DNA from: Balanoglossus misakiensis | Taxonomy: Eukaryota; Animalia; Hemichordata | Assembly: GCA_040954595.2 (NCBI GenBank) | Contig: CM082583.2 | Span: 776,542-840,541 of the forward strand | Length of the DNA: 64,000 bases | Direction of reading: 5' to 3' | Shown here: positions 53,062 to 64,000 of the stretch, in pieces | Position numbering within the stretch: the first letter of the stretch is position 1 | Layout of the letters: every line of letters begins with the position of its first letter | Made by a program: the position numbers and the translations under genes | The notes under the pieces: generated by a model | The model's input: only the letters and a program-made list of their open reading frames with translations | Database searches by the model: none | Told to the model about the DNA's origin: nothing

Positions 53062-55021
53062 ATGGCTACTCTAGGTAAGTTTCATTATGAATTTTATGAC
53101 GTTACTTTACATGTTCTTTCTAAACATTGAAAGAAGGAAAGGCATTGATCAGATTTGAAGCTTTACTGTGTCTTAAGATTTCAACTATAGCCTGGTATCC
53201 ATACCTAGTGTGCGAGTCTATCTATAAAACACACTGGGTATGGAGACCAGGCTAGCAACTATTATGTTCTCAGTTTATTTCAGTTTCTTGTTCAGCATTT
53301 AAACATGATGAAATTCTCAGCTTTTAAAATTCAGCAATAATCAGATTAATTTTTTTAAAATTGTATTCCCATTTATTTCCCACTCAGTGTTAGATTGCTA
53401 CAATGAATTATTATTATGTTGGTGAAGTCTGGCAAATTAACTGTTTACTGGCACTTAGCTATGCAAACTAGCATTAGAATGAATTGGGAAATAGCACAAT
53501 AACTGGCCAATTCTTATGAAACAACAGCATTTACATGGATATATGAAACCACTATTTAATGCTTAGATAAAAAACAGAATGGTTCCTTGATGGGGTTGGC
53601 TCTTCAAAGCTGTAGAATAGGGGTACATGTACACCTAAAACCTGAAACCAAAATACTGCATTTAATGCAAACAGATAGATAATTTCCTTTTATGTTAGAT
53701 TGCCAATTTTACACAAGTCACTTGTGAATATTATTTTCTTACAGAGCAAAGGGAACTCATTAAGAAGTATTTCTCGTATGGTTATACACACAAATTAATT
53801 TATTATGTAATGGTAAAACAACATGGATTCCGTTTGAGGTAAACAGCATTAAAAACATAATAACTTTACTTTTGAGTGGTAAACTTACATTATTTTATTA
53901 TCTGTTACTTGGAAATTGTGTAATGACCAGTCTCTTCCTTTTATGTTATCCCTTTAGTGTACAACTCACTCTCACTTTATTTTGACTCTGTAGGTTTTCA
54001 TACTTCAAGCGCAAATTCCTCCATCACCTTGGACTCTATCGAAAAGGGAGAAGAGCACAGTCATCTTTTGATGACATTGTTTCTGCTGTGCTTGTATGTT
54101 AAGCTCTTTACCCTAACCTACATTTAATTAGTGACACCACTTCCCAAGTCTGACTTAATTGCACACATTCAGTATAACAAATTAAAATCAAATTCTGAAC
54201 ATCTTGCAGAAGAACTCCATTTTCCTGGTCACCCTTTTGTCATTTGGGCAGATATGCGAGGGACATTGTTGCTAGGAAATTAATTCATTTATGTCAGTTG
54301 TTTGTGTTCTACCACTTGCATGGATTAGAAGCAATTTTAAAAGTATTCGATTTATGTCACATTTTATTAACTAATTTTTTCAACTGTGAATGTCAGCTAT
54401 TCTAATATTGAATGTGTTCATTCATTTGTTCACACATCTATCAATCTATCCAACCATCCTTTCCTTTATTCATTTACAGACAGAACTGAATACAGGGTCT
54501 GGCTGCATTGTTGGAGCCAATGAAATGCTAGCTATCCTGAGAACTAAGCACCAATTGATGGTTAAAAGGTAAAAAAAATTTTTTTGTAATACTGGAATGA
54601 TAAAAACAATAATGCAAACATAAGTGTTCATTGATATCATCAACAAGGGTCTTTTATTTGAAATGGCTGATTGATGTAAGGGAAATGCTATTTGAATAAG
54701 CTCCCTTGGCAAGAAAATAACAGGTGATGGACTTGTTTCCTAATTCTCCCTGCTAATCTAAAGTTGAAGTGCAAATGTCAAATCTATTTCACTCATTGAA
54801 TAAAAACTTTGGCCCAGATTTATTACAAATCTCATTTCAATTAAATTGCAGATTATTCTTATTTTATTAAAATATGTAATAAATAGATTTCTTTTTTTGT
54901 AGGGAGACTGTACGAAAACTTCTTAGGATCCTGGATCCAATAAACGTTCAACGACGCCTGCATCGCCGGTTAATACGGCGTGAGTACAGATGTAAAGGAC
55001 CAAATTATGTATGGCACATTG
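53062..55021 (+). CDS. IS3EU-type (integrase-core DDE) transposase, 5' part only (5 exons, ~138 aa)
   Basis: Phase-compatible GT-AG exons 53062-53074, 53745-53838, 53994-54093, 54480-54568 and 54903-55021 give MATLEQRELIKKYFSYGYTHKLI..KQHGFRL..LGLYRKG..TELNTGSG..LRTKHQLMVKRETVRKLLRILDP..RRLHRRLIRREYRCKGPNYVWHI(D). The final RR.Y...GPN..WHID motif precedes the first catalytic Asp in this family. Confidence 0.82.
53188..53254. mobile_element. Second member of the TAGCCTGG MITE family
   Basis: TAGCCTGGTATCCATACC...GAGTCTATCTATAAAACACACTGGGTATGGAGACCAGGCTA is clearly homologous to 36854-36931. The TSD is only partial (CAACTA on both sides). Confidence 0.7.
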
Positions 55022-55043
55022 GTAAGCAAATTAACTGATTGTA

Positions 55044-55203
55044 CAGTCTGAACCTGTCTAAACCGGACCTTCTGAACATGGACACCTGTCTTTACCAAAC
55101 AAATTTTTCAGTCCCTTTGACACAGAACCACAAATAAAATAAACTCTATGAACTAATTACCTTTGCAAACAAAACAGTTCTTCGGTCCCTTTGTTGTCCA
55201 CTA

Positions 55204-55205
<2 letters not shown>
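55044..55205. mobile_element. Truncated Tc1/mariner-pogo-like MITE
   Basis: TA-CAGTCTGAACCTGTCTAAACCGGAC left end and internal GGAC/GTCC motifs. It breaks off at GTCCACTAAGA, where a matching right TIR would be expected to finish. Confidence 0.5.

Positions 55206-55257
<52 letters not shown>
55206..55257. repeat. (AT)26 microsatellite
   Basis: Uninterrupted AT dinucleotide run. Confidence 0.98.
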
Positions 55258-55259
<2 letters not shown>

Positions 55260-58200
55260 GTCTTGAAATTGCAGAAAGTACTCTAATTTGAAACAGGGTT
55301 AAAGACCATACAACACACCCAGCAGTGAGGGCGCTTTAGTGCATGTACACAATTAATAATTGATGCAGGACGGCTTGCCAATTAAATGTCTATTTTACAG
55401 AAAATATAAGGTACTTTCTCCATTTCCATTACAGATCTAGAATAGGCAAATTTGCAATTACACTCACTCGCATGAATGAATGCTGGCATCTGTGGTGGGC
55501 GGCGTGGAACTTTACTTGGTGGCGTGCCGGGAAAGAAGGTGCTCTCCTCAGCTCAACTGCCACCAATAAACTGGCCCACAGCAGATGAGTTCATTTCAAC
55601 AGGTGCCAAGCTCTTCGGCTAGAATAGATAAAATATATTGATGCCGCAATGAATGAATGAAAACAGTATGAATGACCAGTCAATGGAGCTCTCCAATGGC
55701 ACGTAAGATTCTAGAATAGGCAAATTTGCAATTACACTCACTCGCATGAATGAATGCTGGCATCTGTGGTGGGCGGCGTGGAACTTTACTTGGTGGCGTG
55801 CCGGGAAAGAAGGTGCTCTCCTCAGCTCAACTGCCACCAATAAACTGGCCCACAGCAGATGAGTTCATTTCAACAGGTGCCAAGCTCTTTGGCTAGAATA
55901 GATAAAATATATTGATGCCGCAATGAATGAATGAAAACAGTATGAATGACCAGTCAATGGAGCTCTCCAATGGCACGTAAGATTCTAGAATAGGCAAATT
56001 TGCAATTACACTCACTCGCATGAATGAATGCTGGCATCTGTGGTGGGCGGCGTGGAACTTTACTTGGTGGCGTGCCGGGAAGGAAGGTGCTCTCCTCAGC
56101 TCAACTGCCACCAATAAACTGGCCCACAGCAGATGAGTTCATTTCAACAGGTGCCAAGCTCTTTGGCTAGAATAGATAAAATATATTGATGCCGCAATGA
56201 ATGAATGAAAACAGTATGAATGACCAGTCAATGGAGCTCTCCAATGGCACGTAAGATCTGTCTTGAAATTGCAGAAAGTACTCTAATTTGAAACAGGGTT
56301 AAAGACCATACAACACACCCAGCAGTGAGGGCGCTTTAGTGCATGTACACAATTAATAATTGATGCAGGACGGCTTGCCAATTAAATGTCTATTTTACAG
56401 AAAATATAAGGTACTTTCTCCATTTCCATTACAGATCTAGAATAGGCAAATTTGCAATTACACTCACTCGCATGAATGAATGCTGGCATCTGTGGTGGGC
56501 GGCGTGGAACTTTACTTGGTGGCGTGCCGGGAAAGAAGGTGCTCTCCTCAGCTCAACTGCCACCAATAAACTGGCCCACAGCAGATGAGTTCATTTCAAC
56601 AGGTGCCAAGCTCTTCGGCTAGAATAGATAAAATATATTGATGCCGCAATGAATGAATGAAAACAGTATGAATGACCAGTCAATGGAGCTCTCCAATGGC
56701 ACGTAAGATTCTAGAATAGGCAAATTTGCAATTACACTCACTCGCATGAATGAATGCTGGCATCTGTGGTGGGCGGCGTGGAACTTTACTTGGTGGCGTG
56801 CCGGGAAAGAAGGTGCTCTCCTCAGCTCAACTGCCACCAATAAACTGGCCCACAGCAGATGAGTTCATTTCAACAGGTGCCAAGCTCTTTGGCTAGAATA
56901 GATAAAATATATTGATGCCGCAATGAATGAATGAAAACAGTATGAATGACCAGTCAATGGAGCTCTCCAATGGCACGTAAGATTCTAGAATAGGCAAATT
57001 TGCAATTACACTCACTCGCATGAATGAATGCTGGCATCTGTGGTGGGCGGCGTGGAACTTTACTTGGTGGCGTGCCGGGAAGGAAGGTGCTCTCCTCAGC
57101 TCAACTGCCACCAATAAACTGGCCCACAGCAGATGAGTTCATTTCAACAGGTGCCAAGCTCTTTGGCTAGAATAGATAAAATATATTGATGCCGCAATGA
57201 ATGAATGAAAACAGTATGAATGACCAGTCAATGGAGCTCTCCAATGGCACGTAAGATCTGTCTTGAAATTGCAGAAAGTACTCTAATTTGAAACAGGGTT
57301 AAAGACCATACAACACACCCAGCAGTGAGGGCGCTTTAGTGCATGTACACAATTAATAATTGATGCAGGACGGCTTGCCAATTAAATGTCTATTTTACAG
57401 AAAATATAAGGTACTTTCTCCATTTCCATTACAGATCTAGAATAGGCAAATTTGCAATTACACTCACTCGCATGAATGAATGCTGGCATCTGTGGTGGGC
57501 GGCGTGGAACTTTACTTGGTGGCGTGCCGGGAAAGAAGGTGCTCTCCTCAGCTCAACTGCCACCAATAAACTGGCCCACAGCAGATGAGTTCATTTCAAC
57601 AGGTGCCAAGCTCTTCGGCTAGAATAGATAAAATATATTGATGCCGCAATGAATGAATGAAAACAGTATGAATGACCAGTCAATGGAGCTCTCCAATGGC
57701 ACGTAAGATTCTAGAATAGGCAAATTTGCAATTACACTCACTCGCATGAATGAATGCTGGCATCTGTGGTGGGCGGCGTGGAACTTTACTTGGTGGCGTG
57801 CCGGGAAAGAAGGTGCTCTCCTCAGCTCAACTGCCACCAATAAACTGGCCCACAGCAGATGAGTTCATTTCAACAGGTGCCAAGCTCTTTGGCTAGAATA
57901 GATAAAATATATTGATGCCGCAATGAATGAATGAAAACAGTATGAATGACCAGTCAATGGAGCTCTCCAATGGCACGTAAGATCTGTCTTGAAATTGCAG
58001 AAAGTACTCTAATTTGAAACAGGGTTAAAGACCATACAACACACCCAGCAGTGAGGGCGCTTTAGTGCATGTACACAATTAATAATTGATGCAGGACGGC
58101 TTGCCAATTAAATGTCTATTTTACAGAAAATATAAGGTACTTTCTCCATTTCCATTACAGATCTAGAATAGGCAAATTTGCAATTACACTCACTCGCATG

Positions 58201-61200
58201 AATGAATGCTGGCATCTGTGGTGGGCGGCGTGGAACTTTACTTGGTGGCGTGCCGGGAAGGAAGGTGCTCTCCTCAGCTCAACTGCCACCAATAAACTGG
58301 CCCACAGCAGATGAGTTCATTTCAACAGGTGCCAAGCTCTTCGGCTAGAATAGATAAAATATATTGATGCCGCAATGAATGAATGAAAACAGTATGAATG
58401 ACCAGTCAATGGAGCTCTCCAATGGCACGTAAGATTCTAGAATAGGCAAATTTGCAATTACACTCACTCGCATGAATGAATGCTGGCATCTGTGGTGGGC
58501 GGCGTGGAACTTTACTTGGTGGCGTGCCGGGAAGGAAGGTGCTCTCCTCAGCTCAACTGCCACCAATAAACTGGCCCACAGCAGATGAGTTCATTTCAAC
58601 AGGTGCCAAGCTCTTTGGCTAGAATAGATAAAATATATTGATGCCGCAATGAATGAATGAAAACAGTATGAATGACCAGTCAATGGAGCTCTCCAATGGC
58701 ACGTAAGATTCTAGAATAGGCAAATTTGCAATTACACTCACTCGCATGAATGAATGCTGGCATCTGTGGTGGGCGGCGTGGAACTTTACTTGGTGGCGTG
58801 CCGGGAAGGAAGGTGCTCTCCTCAGCTCAACTGCCACCAATAAACTGGCCCACAGCAGATGAGTTCATTTCTACAGGTGCCAAGCTCTTTGGCTAGAATA
58901 GATAAAATATATTGATGCCGCAATGAATGAATGAAAACAGTATGAATGACCAGTCAATGGAGCTCTCCAATGGCACGTAAGATCTGTCTTGAAATTGCAG
59001 AAAGTACTCTAATTTGAAACAGGGTTAAAGACCATACAACACACCCAGCAGTGAGGGCGCTTTAGTGCATGTACACAATTAATAATTGATGCAGGACGGC
59101 TTGCCAATTAAATGTCTATTTTACAGAAAATATAAGGTACTTTCTCCATTTCCATTACAGATCTAGAATAGGCAAATTTGCAATTACACTCACTCGCATG
59201 AATGAATGCTGGCATCTGTGGTGGGCGGCGTGGAACTTTACTTGGTGGCGTGCCGGGAAGGAAGGTGCTCTCCTCAGCTCAACTGCCACCAATAAACTGG
59301 CCCACAGCAGATGAGTTCATTTCAACAGGTGCCAAGCTCTTCGGCTAGAATAGATAAAATATATTGATGCCGCAATGAATGAATGAAAACAGTATGAATG
59401 ACCAGTCAATGGAGCTCTCCAATGGCACGTAAGATTCTAGAATAGGCAAATTTGCAATTACACTCACTCGCATGAATGAATGCTGGCATCTGTGGTGGGC
59501 GGCGTGGAACTTTACTTGGTGGCGTGCCGGGAAGGAAGGTGCTCTCCTCAGCTCAACTGCCACCAATAAACTGGCCCACAGCAGATGAGTTCATTTCAAC
59601 AGGTGCCAAGCTCTTTGGCTAGAATAGATAAAATATATTGATGCCGCAATGAATGAATGAAAACAGTATGAATGACCAGTCAATGGAGCTCTCCAATGGC
59701 ACGTAAGATTCTAGAATAGGCAAATTTGCAATTACACTCACTCGCATGAATGAATGCTGGCATCTGTGGTGGGCGGCGTGGAACTTTACTTGGTGGCGTG
59801 CCGGGAAGGAAGGTGCTCTCCTCAGCTCAACTGCCACCAATAAACTGGCCCACAGCAGATGAGTTCATTTCAACAGGTGCCAAGCTCTTTGGCTAGAATA
59901 GATAAAATATATTGATGCCGCAATGAATGAATGAAAACAGTATGAATGACCAGTCAATGGAGCTCTCCAATGGCACGTAAGATCTGTCTTGAAATTGCAG
60001 AAAGTACTCTAATTTGAAACAGGGTTAAAGACCATACAACACACCCAGCAGTGAGGGCGCTTTAGTGCATGTACACAATTAATAATTGATGCAGGACGGC
60101 TTGCCAATTAAATGTCTATTTTACAGAAAATATAAGGTACTTTCTCCATTTCCATTACAGATCTAGAAAAGGCAAATTTGCAATTACACTCACTCGCATG
60201 AATGAATGCTGGCATCTGTGGTGGGCGGCGTGGAACTTTACTTGGTGGCGTGCCGGGAAAGAAGGTGCTCTCCTCAGCTCAACTGCCACCAATAAACTGG
60301 CCCACAGCAGATGAGTTCATTTCAACAGGTGCCAAGCTCTTCGGCTAGAATAGATAAAATATATTGATGCCGCAATGAATGAATGAAAACAGTATGAATG
60401 ACCAGTCAATGGAGCTCTCCAATGGCACGTAAGATTCTAGAATAGGCAAATTTGCAATTACACTCACTCGCATATATGAATGCTGGCATCTGTGGTGGGC
60501 GGCGTGGAACTTTACTTGGTGGCGTGCCGGGAAAGAAGGTGCTCTCCTCAGCTCAACTGCCACCAATAAACTGGCCCACAGCAGATGAGTTCATTTCAAC
60601 AGGTGCCAAGCTCTTTGGCTAGAATAGATAAAATATATTGATGCCGCAATGAATGAATGAAAACAGTATGAATGACCAGTCAATGGAGCTCTCCAATGGC
60701 ACGTAAGATCTGTCTTGAAATTGCAGAAAGTACTCTAATTTGAAACAGGGTTAAAGACCATACAACACACCCAGCAGTGAGGGCGCTTTAGTGCATGTAC
60801 ACAATTAATAATTGATGCAGGACGGCTTGCCAATTAAATGTCTATTTTACAGAAAATATAAGGTACTTTCTCCATTTCCATTACAGATCTAGAATAGGCA
60901 AATTTGCAATTACACTCACTCGCATGAATGAATGCTGGCATCTGTGGTGGGCGGCGTGGAACTTTACTTGGTGGCGTGCCGGGAAGGAAGGTGCTCTCCT
61001 CAGCTCAACTGCCACCAATAAACTGGCCCACAGCAGATGAGTTCATTTCAACAGGTGCCAAGCTCTTCGGCTAGAATAGATAAAATATATTGATGCCGCA
61101 ATGAATGAATGAAAACAGTATGAATGACCAGTCAATGGAGCTCTCCAATGGCACGTAAGATTCTAGAATAGGCAAATTTGCAATTACACTCACTCGCATG

Positions 61201-64000
61201 AATGAATGCTGGCATCTGTGGTGGGCGGCGTGGAACTTTACTTGGTGGCGTGCCGGGAAGGAAGGTGCTCTCCTCAGCTCAACTGCCACCAATAAACTGG
61301 CCCACAGCAGATGAGTTCATTTCAACAGGTGCCAAGCTCTTTGGCTAGAATAGATAAAATATATTGATGCCGCAATGAATGAATGAAAACAGTATGAATG
61401 ACCAGTCAATGGAGCTCTCCAATGGCACGTAAGATTCTAGAATAGGCAAATTTGCAATTACACTCACTCGCATGAATGAATGCTGGCATCTGTGGTGGGC
61501 GGCGTGGAACTTTACTTGGTGGCGTGCCGGGAAAGAAGGTGCTCTCCTCAGCTCAACTGCCACCAATAAACTGGCCCACAGCAGATGAGTTCATTTCAAC
61601 AGGTGCCAAGCTCTTTGGCTAGAATAGATAAAATATATTGATGCCGCAATGAATGAATGAAAACAGTATGAATGACCAGTCAATGGAGCTCTCCAATGGC
61701 ACGTAAGATCTGTCTTGAAATTGCAGAAAGTACTCTAATTTGAAACAGGGTTAAAGACCATACAACACACCCAGCAGTGAGGGCGCTTTAGTGCATGTAC
61801 ACAATTAATAATTGATGCAGGACGGCTTGCCAATTAAATGTCTATTTTACAGAAAATATAAGGTACTTTCTCCATTTCCATTACAGATCTAGAATAGGCA
61901 AATTTGCAATTACACTCACTCACATGAATGAATGCTGGCATCTGTGGTGGGCGGCGTGGAACTTTACTTGGTGGCGTGCCGGGAAGGAAGGTGCTCTCCT
62001 CAGCTCAACTGCCACCAATAAACTGGCCCACAGCAGATGAGTTCATTTCAACAGGTGCCAAGCTCTTCGGCTAGAATAGATAAAATATATTGATGCCGCA
62101 ATGAATGAATGAAAACAGTATCAATGACCAGTCAATGGAGCTCTCCAATGGCACGTAAGATTCTAGAATAGGCAAATTTGCAATTACACTCACTCGCATG
62201 AATGAATGCTGGCATCTGTGGTGGGCGGCGTGGAACTTTACTTGGTGGCGTGCCGGGAAAGAAGGTGCTCTCCTCAGCTCAACTGCCACCAATAAACTGG
62301 CCCACAGCAGATGAGTTCATTTCAACAGGTGCCAAGCTCTTTGGCTAGAATAGATAAAATATATTGATGCCGCAATGAATGAATGAAAACAGTATGAATG
62401 ACCAGTCAATGGAGCTCTCCAATGGCACGTAAGATTCTAGAATAGGCAAATTTGCAATTACACTCACTCGCATGAATGAATGCTGGCATCTGTGGTGGGC
62501 GGCGTGGAACTTTACTTGGTGGCGTGCCGGGAAGGAAGGTGCTCTCCTCAGCTCAACTGCCACCAATAAACTGGCCCACAGCAGATGAGTTCATTTCAAC
62601 AGGTGCCAAGCTCTTCGGCTAGAATAGATAAAATATATTGATGCCGCAATGAATGAATGAAAACAGTATGAATGACCAGTCAATGGAGCTCTCCAATGGC
62701 ACGTAAGATTCTAGAATAGGCAAATTTGCAATTACACTCACTCGCATGAATGAATGCTGGCATCTGTGGTGGGCGGCGTGGAACTTTACTTGGTGGCGTG
62801 CCGGGAAGGAAGGTGCTCTCCTCAGCTCAACTGCCACCAATAAACTGGCCCACAGCAGATGAGTTCATTTCAACAGGTGCCAAGCTCTTTGGCTAGAATA
62901 GATAAAATATATTGATGCCGCAATGAATGAATGAAAACAGTATGAATGACCAGTCAATGGAGCTCTCCAATGGCACGTAAGATTCTAGAATAGGCAAATT
63001 TGCAATTACACTCACTCGCATGAATGAATGCTGGCATCTGTGGTGGGCGGCGTGGAACTTTACTTGGTGGCGTGCCGGGAAAGAAGGTGCTCTCCTCAGC
63101 TCAACTGCCACCAATAAACTGGCCCACAGCAGATGAGTTCATTTCAACAGGTGCCAAGCTCTTTGGCTAGAATAGATAAAATATATTGATGCCGCAATGA
63201 ATGAATGAAAACAGTATGAATGACCAGTCAATGGAGCTCTCCAATGGCACGTAAGATCTGTCTTGAAATTGCAGAAAGTACTCTAATTTGAAACAGGGTT
63301 AAAGACCATACAACACACCCAGCAGTGAGGGCGCTTTAGTGCATGTACACAATTAATAATTGATGCAGGACGGCTTGCCAATTAAATGTCTATTTTACAG
63401 AAAATATAAGGTACTTTCTCCATTTCCATTACAGATCTAGAATAGGCAAATTTGCAATTACACTCACTCGCATGAATGAATGCTGGCATCTGTGGTGGGC
63501 GGCGTGGAACTTTACTTGGTGGCGTGCCGGGAAGGAAGGTGCTCTCCTCAGCTCAACTGCCACCAATAAACTGGCCCACAGCAGATGAGTTCATTTCAAC
63601 AGGTGCCAAGCTCTTCGGCTAGAATAGATAAAATATATTGATGCCGCAATGAATGAATGAAAACAGTATCAATGACCAGTCAATGGAGCTCTCCAATGGC
63701 ACGTAAGATTCTAGAATAGGCAAATTTGCAATTACACTCACTCGCATGAATGAATGCTGGCATCTGTGGTGGGCGGCGTGGAACTTTACTTGGTGGCGTG
63801 CCGGGAAGGAAGGTGCTCTCCTCAGCTCAACTGCCACCAATAAACTGGCCCACAGCAGATGAGTTCATTTCAACAGGTGCCAAGCTCTTTGGCTAGAATA
63901 GATAAAATATATTGATGCCGCAATGAATGAATGAAAACAGTATGAATGACCAGTCAATGGAGCTCTCCAATGGCACGTAAGATCTGTCTTGAAATTGCAG
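55256..64000. repeat. Second satellite: 178-bp A unit + 2-5 copies of a 274-bp B unit, higher-order repeats
   Basis: A units (ATCTGTCTTGAAATTGCAG) start at 55256, 56256, 57256, 57982, 58982, 59982, 60708, 61708, 63256 and 63982. Spacings are 1000, 1000, 726, 1000, 1000, 726, 1000, 1548 and 726, i.e. 178 + n x 274. Copies differ by only a few SNPs. Confidence 0.98.

Larger units (their letters stand above)
52190..55205 (+). mobile_element. IS3EU-like DNA transposon, left portion (right end not in window)
   Basis: The satellite stops at GTCTGT|TATGGAAAGCC, and TAYGG is the described IS3EU terminus. Subterminal repeats and a spliced integrase-like transposase follow. Caveat: the satellite itself reads CATGG here, so the exact boundary could be 52195. 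Confidence 0.72.

Noticed and set aside
55256-57255. Exact 1000-bp period as a synthetic or artefactual duplication
   Set aside because: It is explained arithmetically by 178 + 3 x 274, and 726- and 1548-bp variants plus SNPs coexist.
55619-63840. Repeated 73-aa ORF MVAVELRRAPSF...
   Set aside because: Non-ATG start, exists only across B-B junctions of the satellite, and has no recognisable motif.

Overview
Eukaryotic, almost entirely repetitive DNA. It has GT-AG spliced genes and DNA-transposon families typical of animals; an invertebrate source is my inference. From left to right: (1) a ~2.05-kb composite tandem macrosatellite (1-22957 and 40016-52189), built from an alternating 81-bp subrepeat block plus a diverged ~335-bp AT-rich subrepeat; (2) a 17-kb CACTA/EnSpm-type transposon (22958-40012) inserted into one satellite unit. 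It carries an intact spliced ~1030-aa transposase (- strand), a divergent 5-exon accessory gene with a 1-nt frameshift (+ strand, missed by the ORF track), a decayed hAT transposase and several nested MITEs; (3) the left part of an IS3EU-like element starting at TATGG (52190), whose spliced transposase can be followed to the first catalytic Asp; (4) an (AT)n tract and a very homogeneous second satellite (178-bp A + 274-bp B units in 1000/726/1548-bp higher-order repeats) running off the window end. No host housekeeping gene, RNA gene or CRISPR array is supported. Family names come from motif recognition, not database searches. I do not see a clearly new biological system. The strongest candidates for novelty are the two-gene CACTA element, the satellite array sitting in an IS3EU transposase intron, and the modular satellite architecture.
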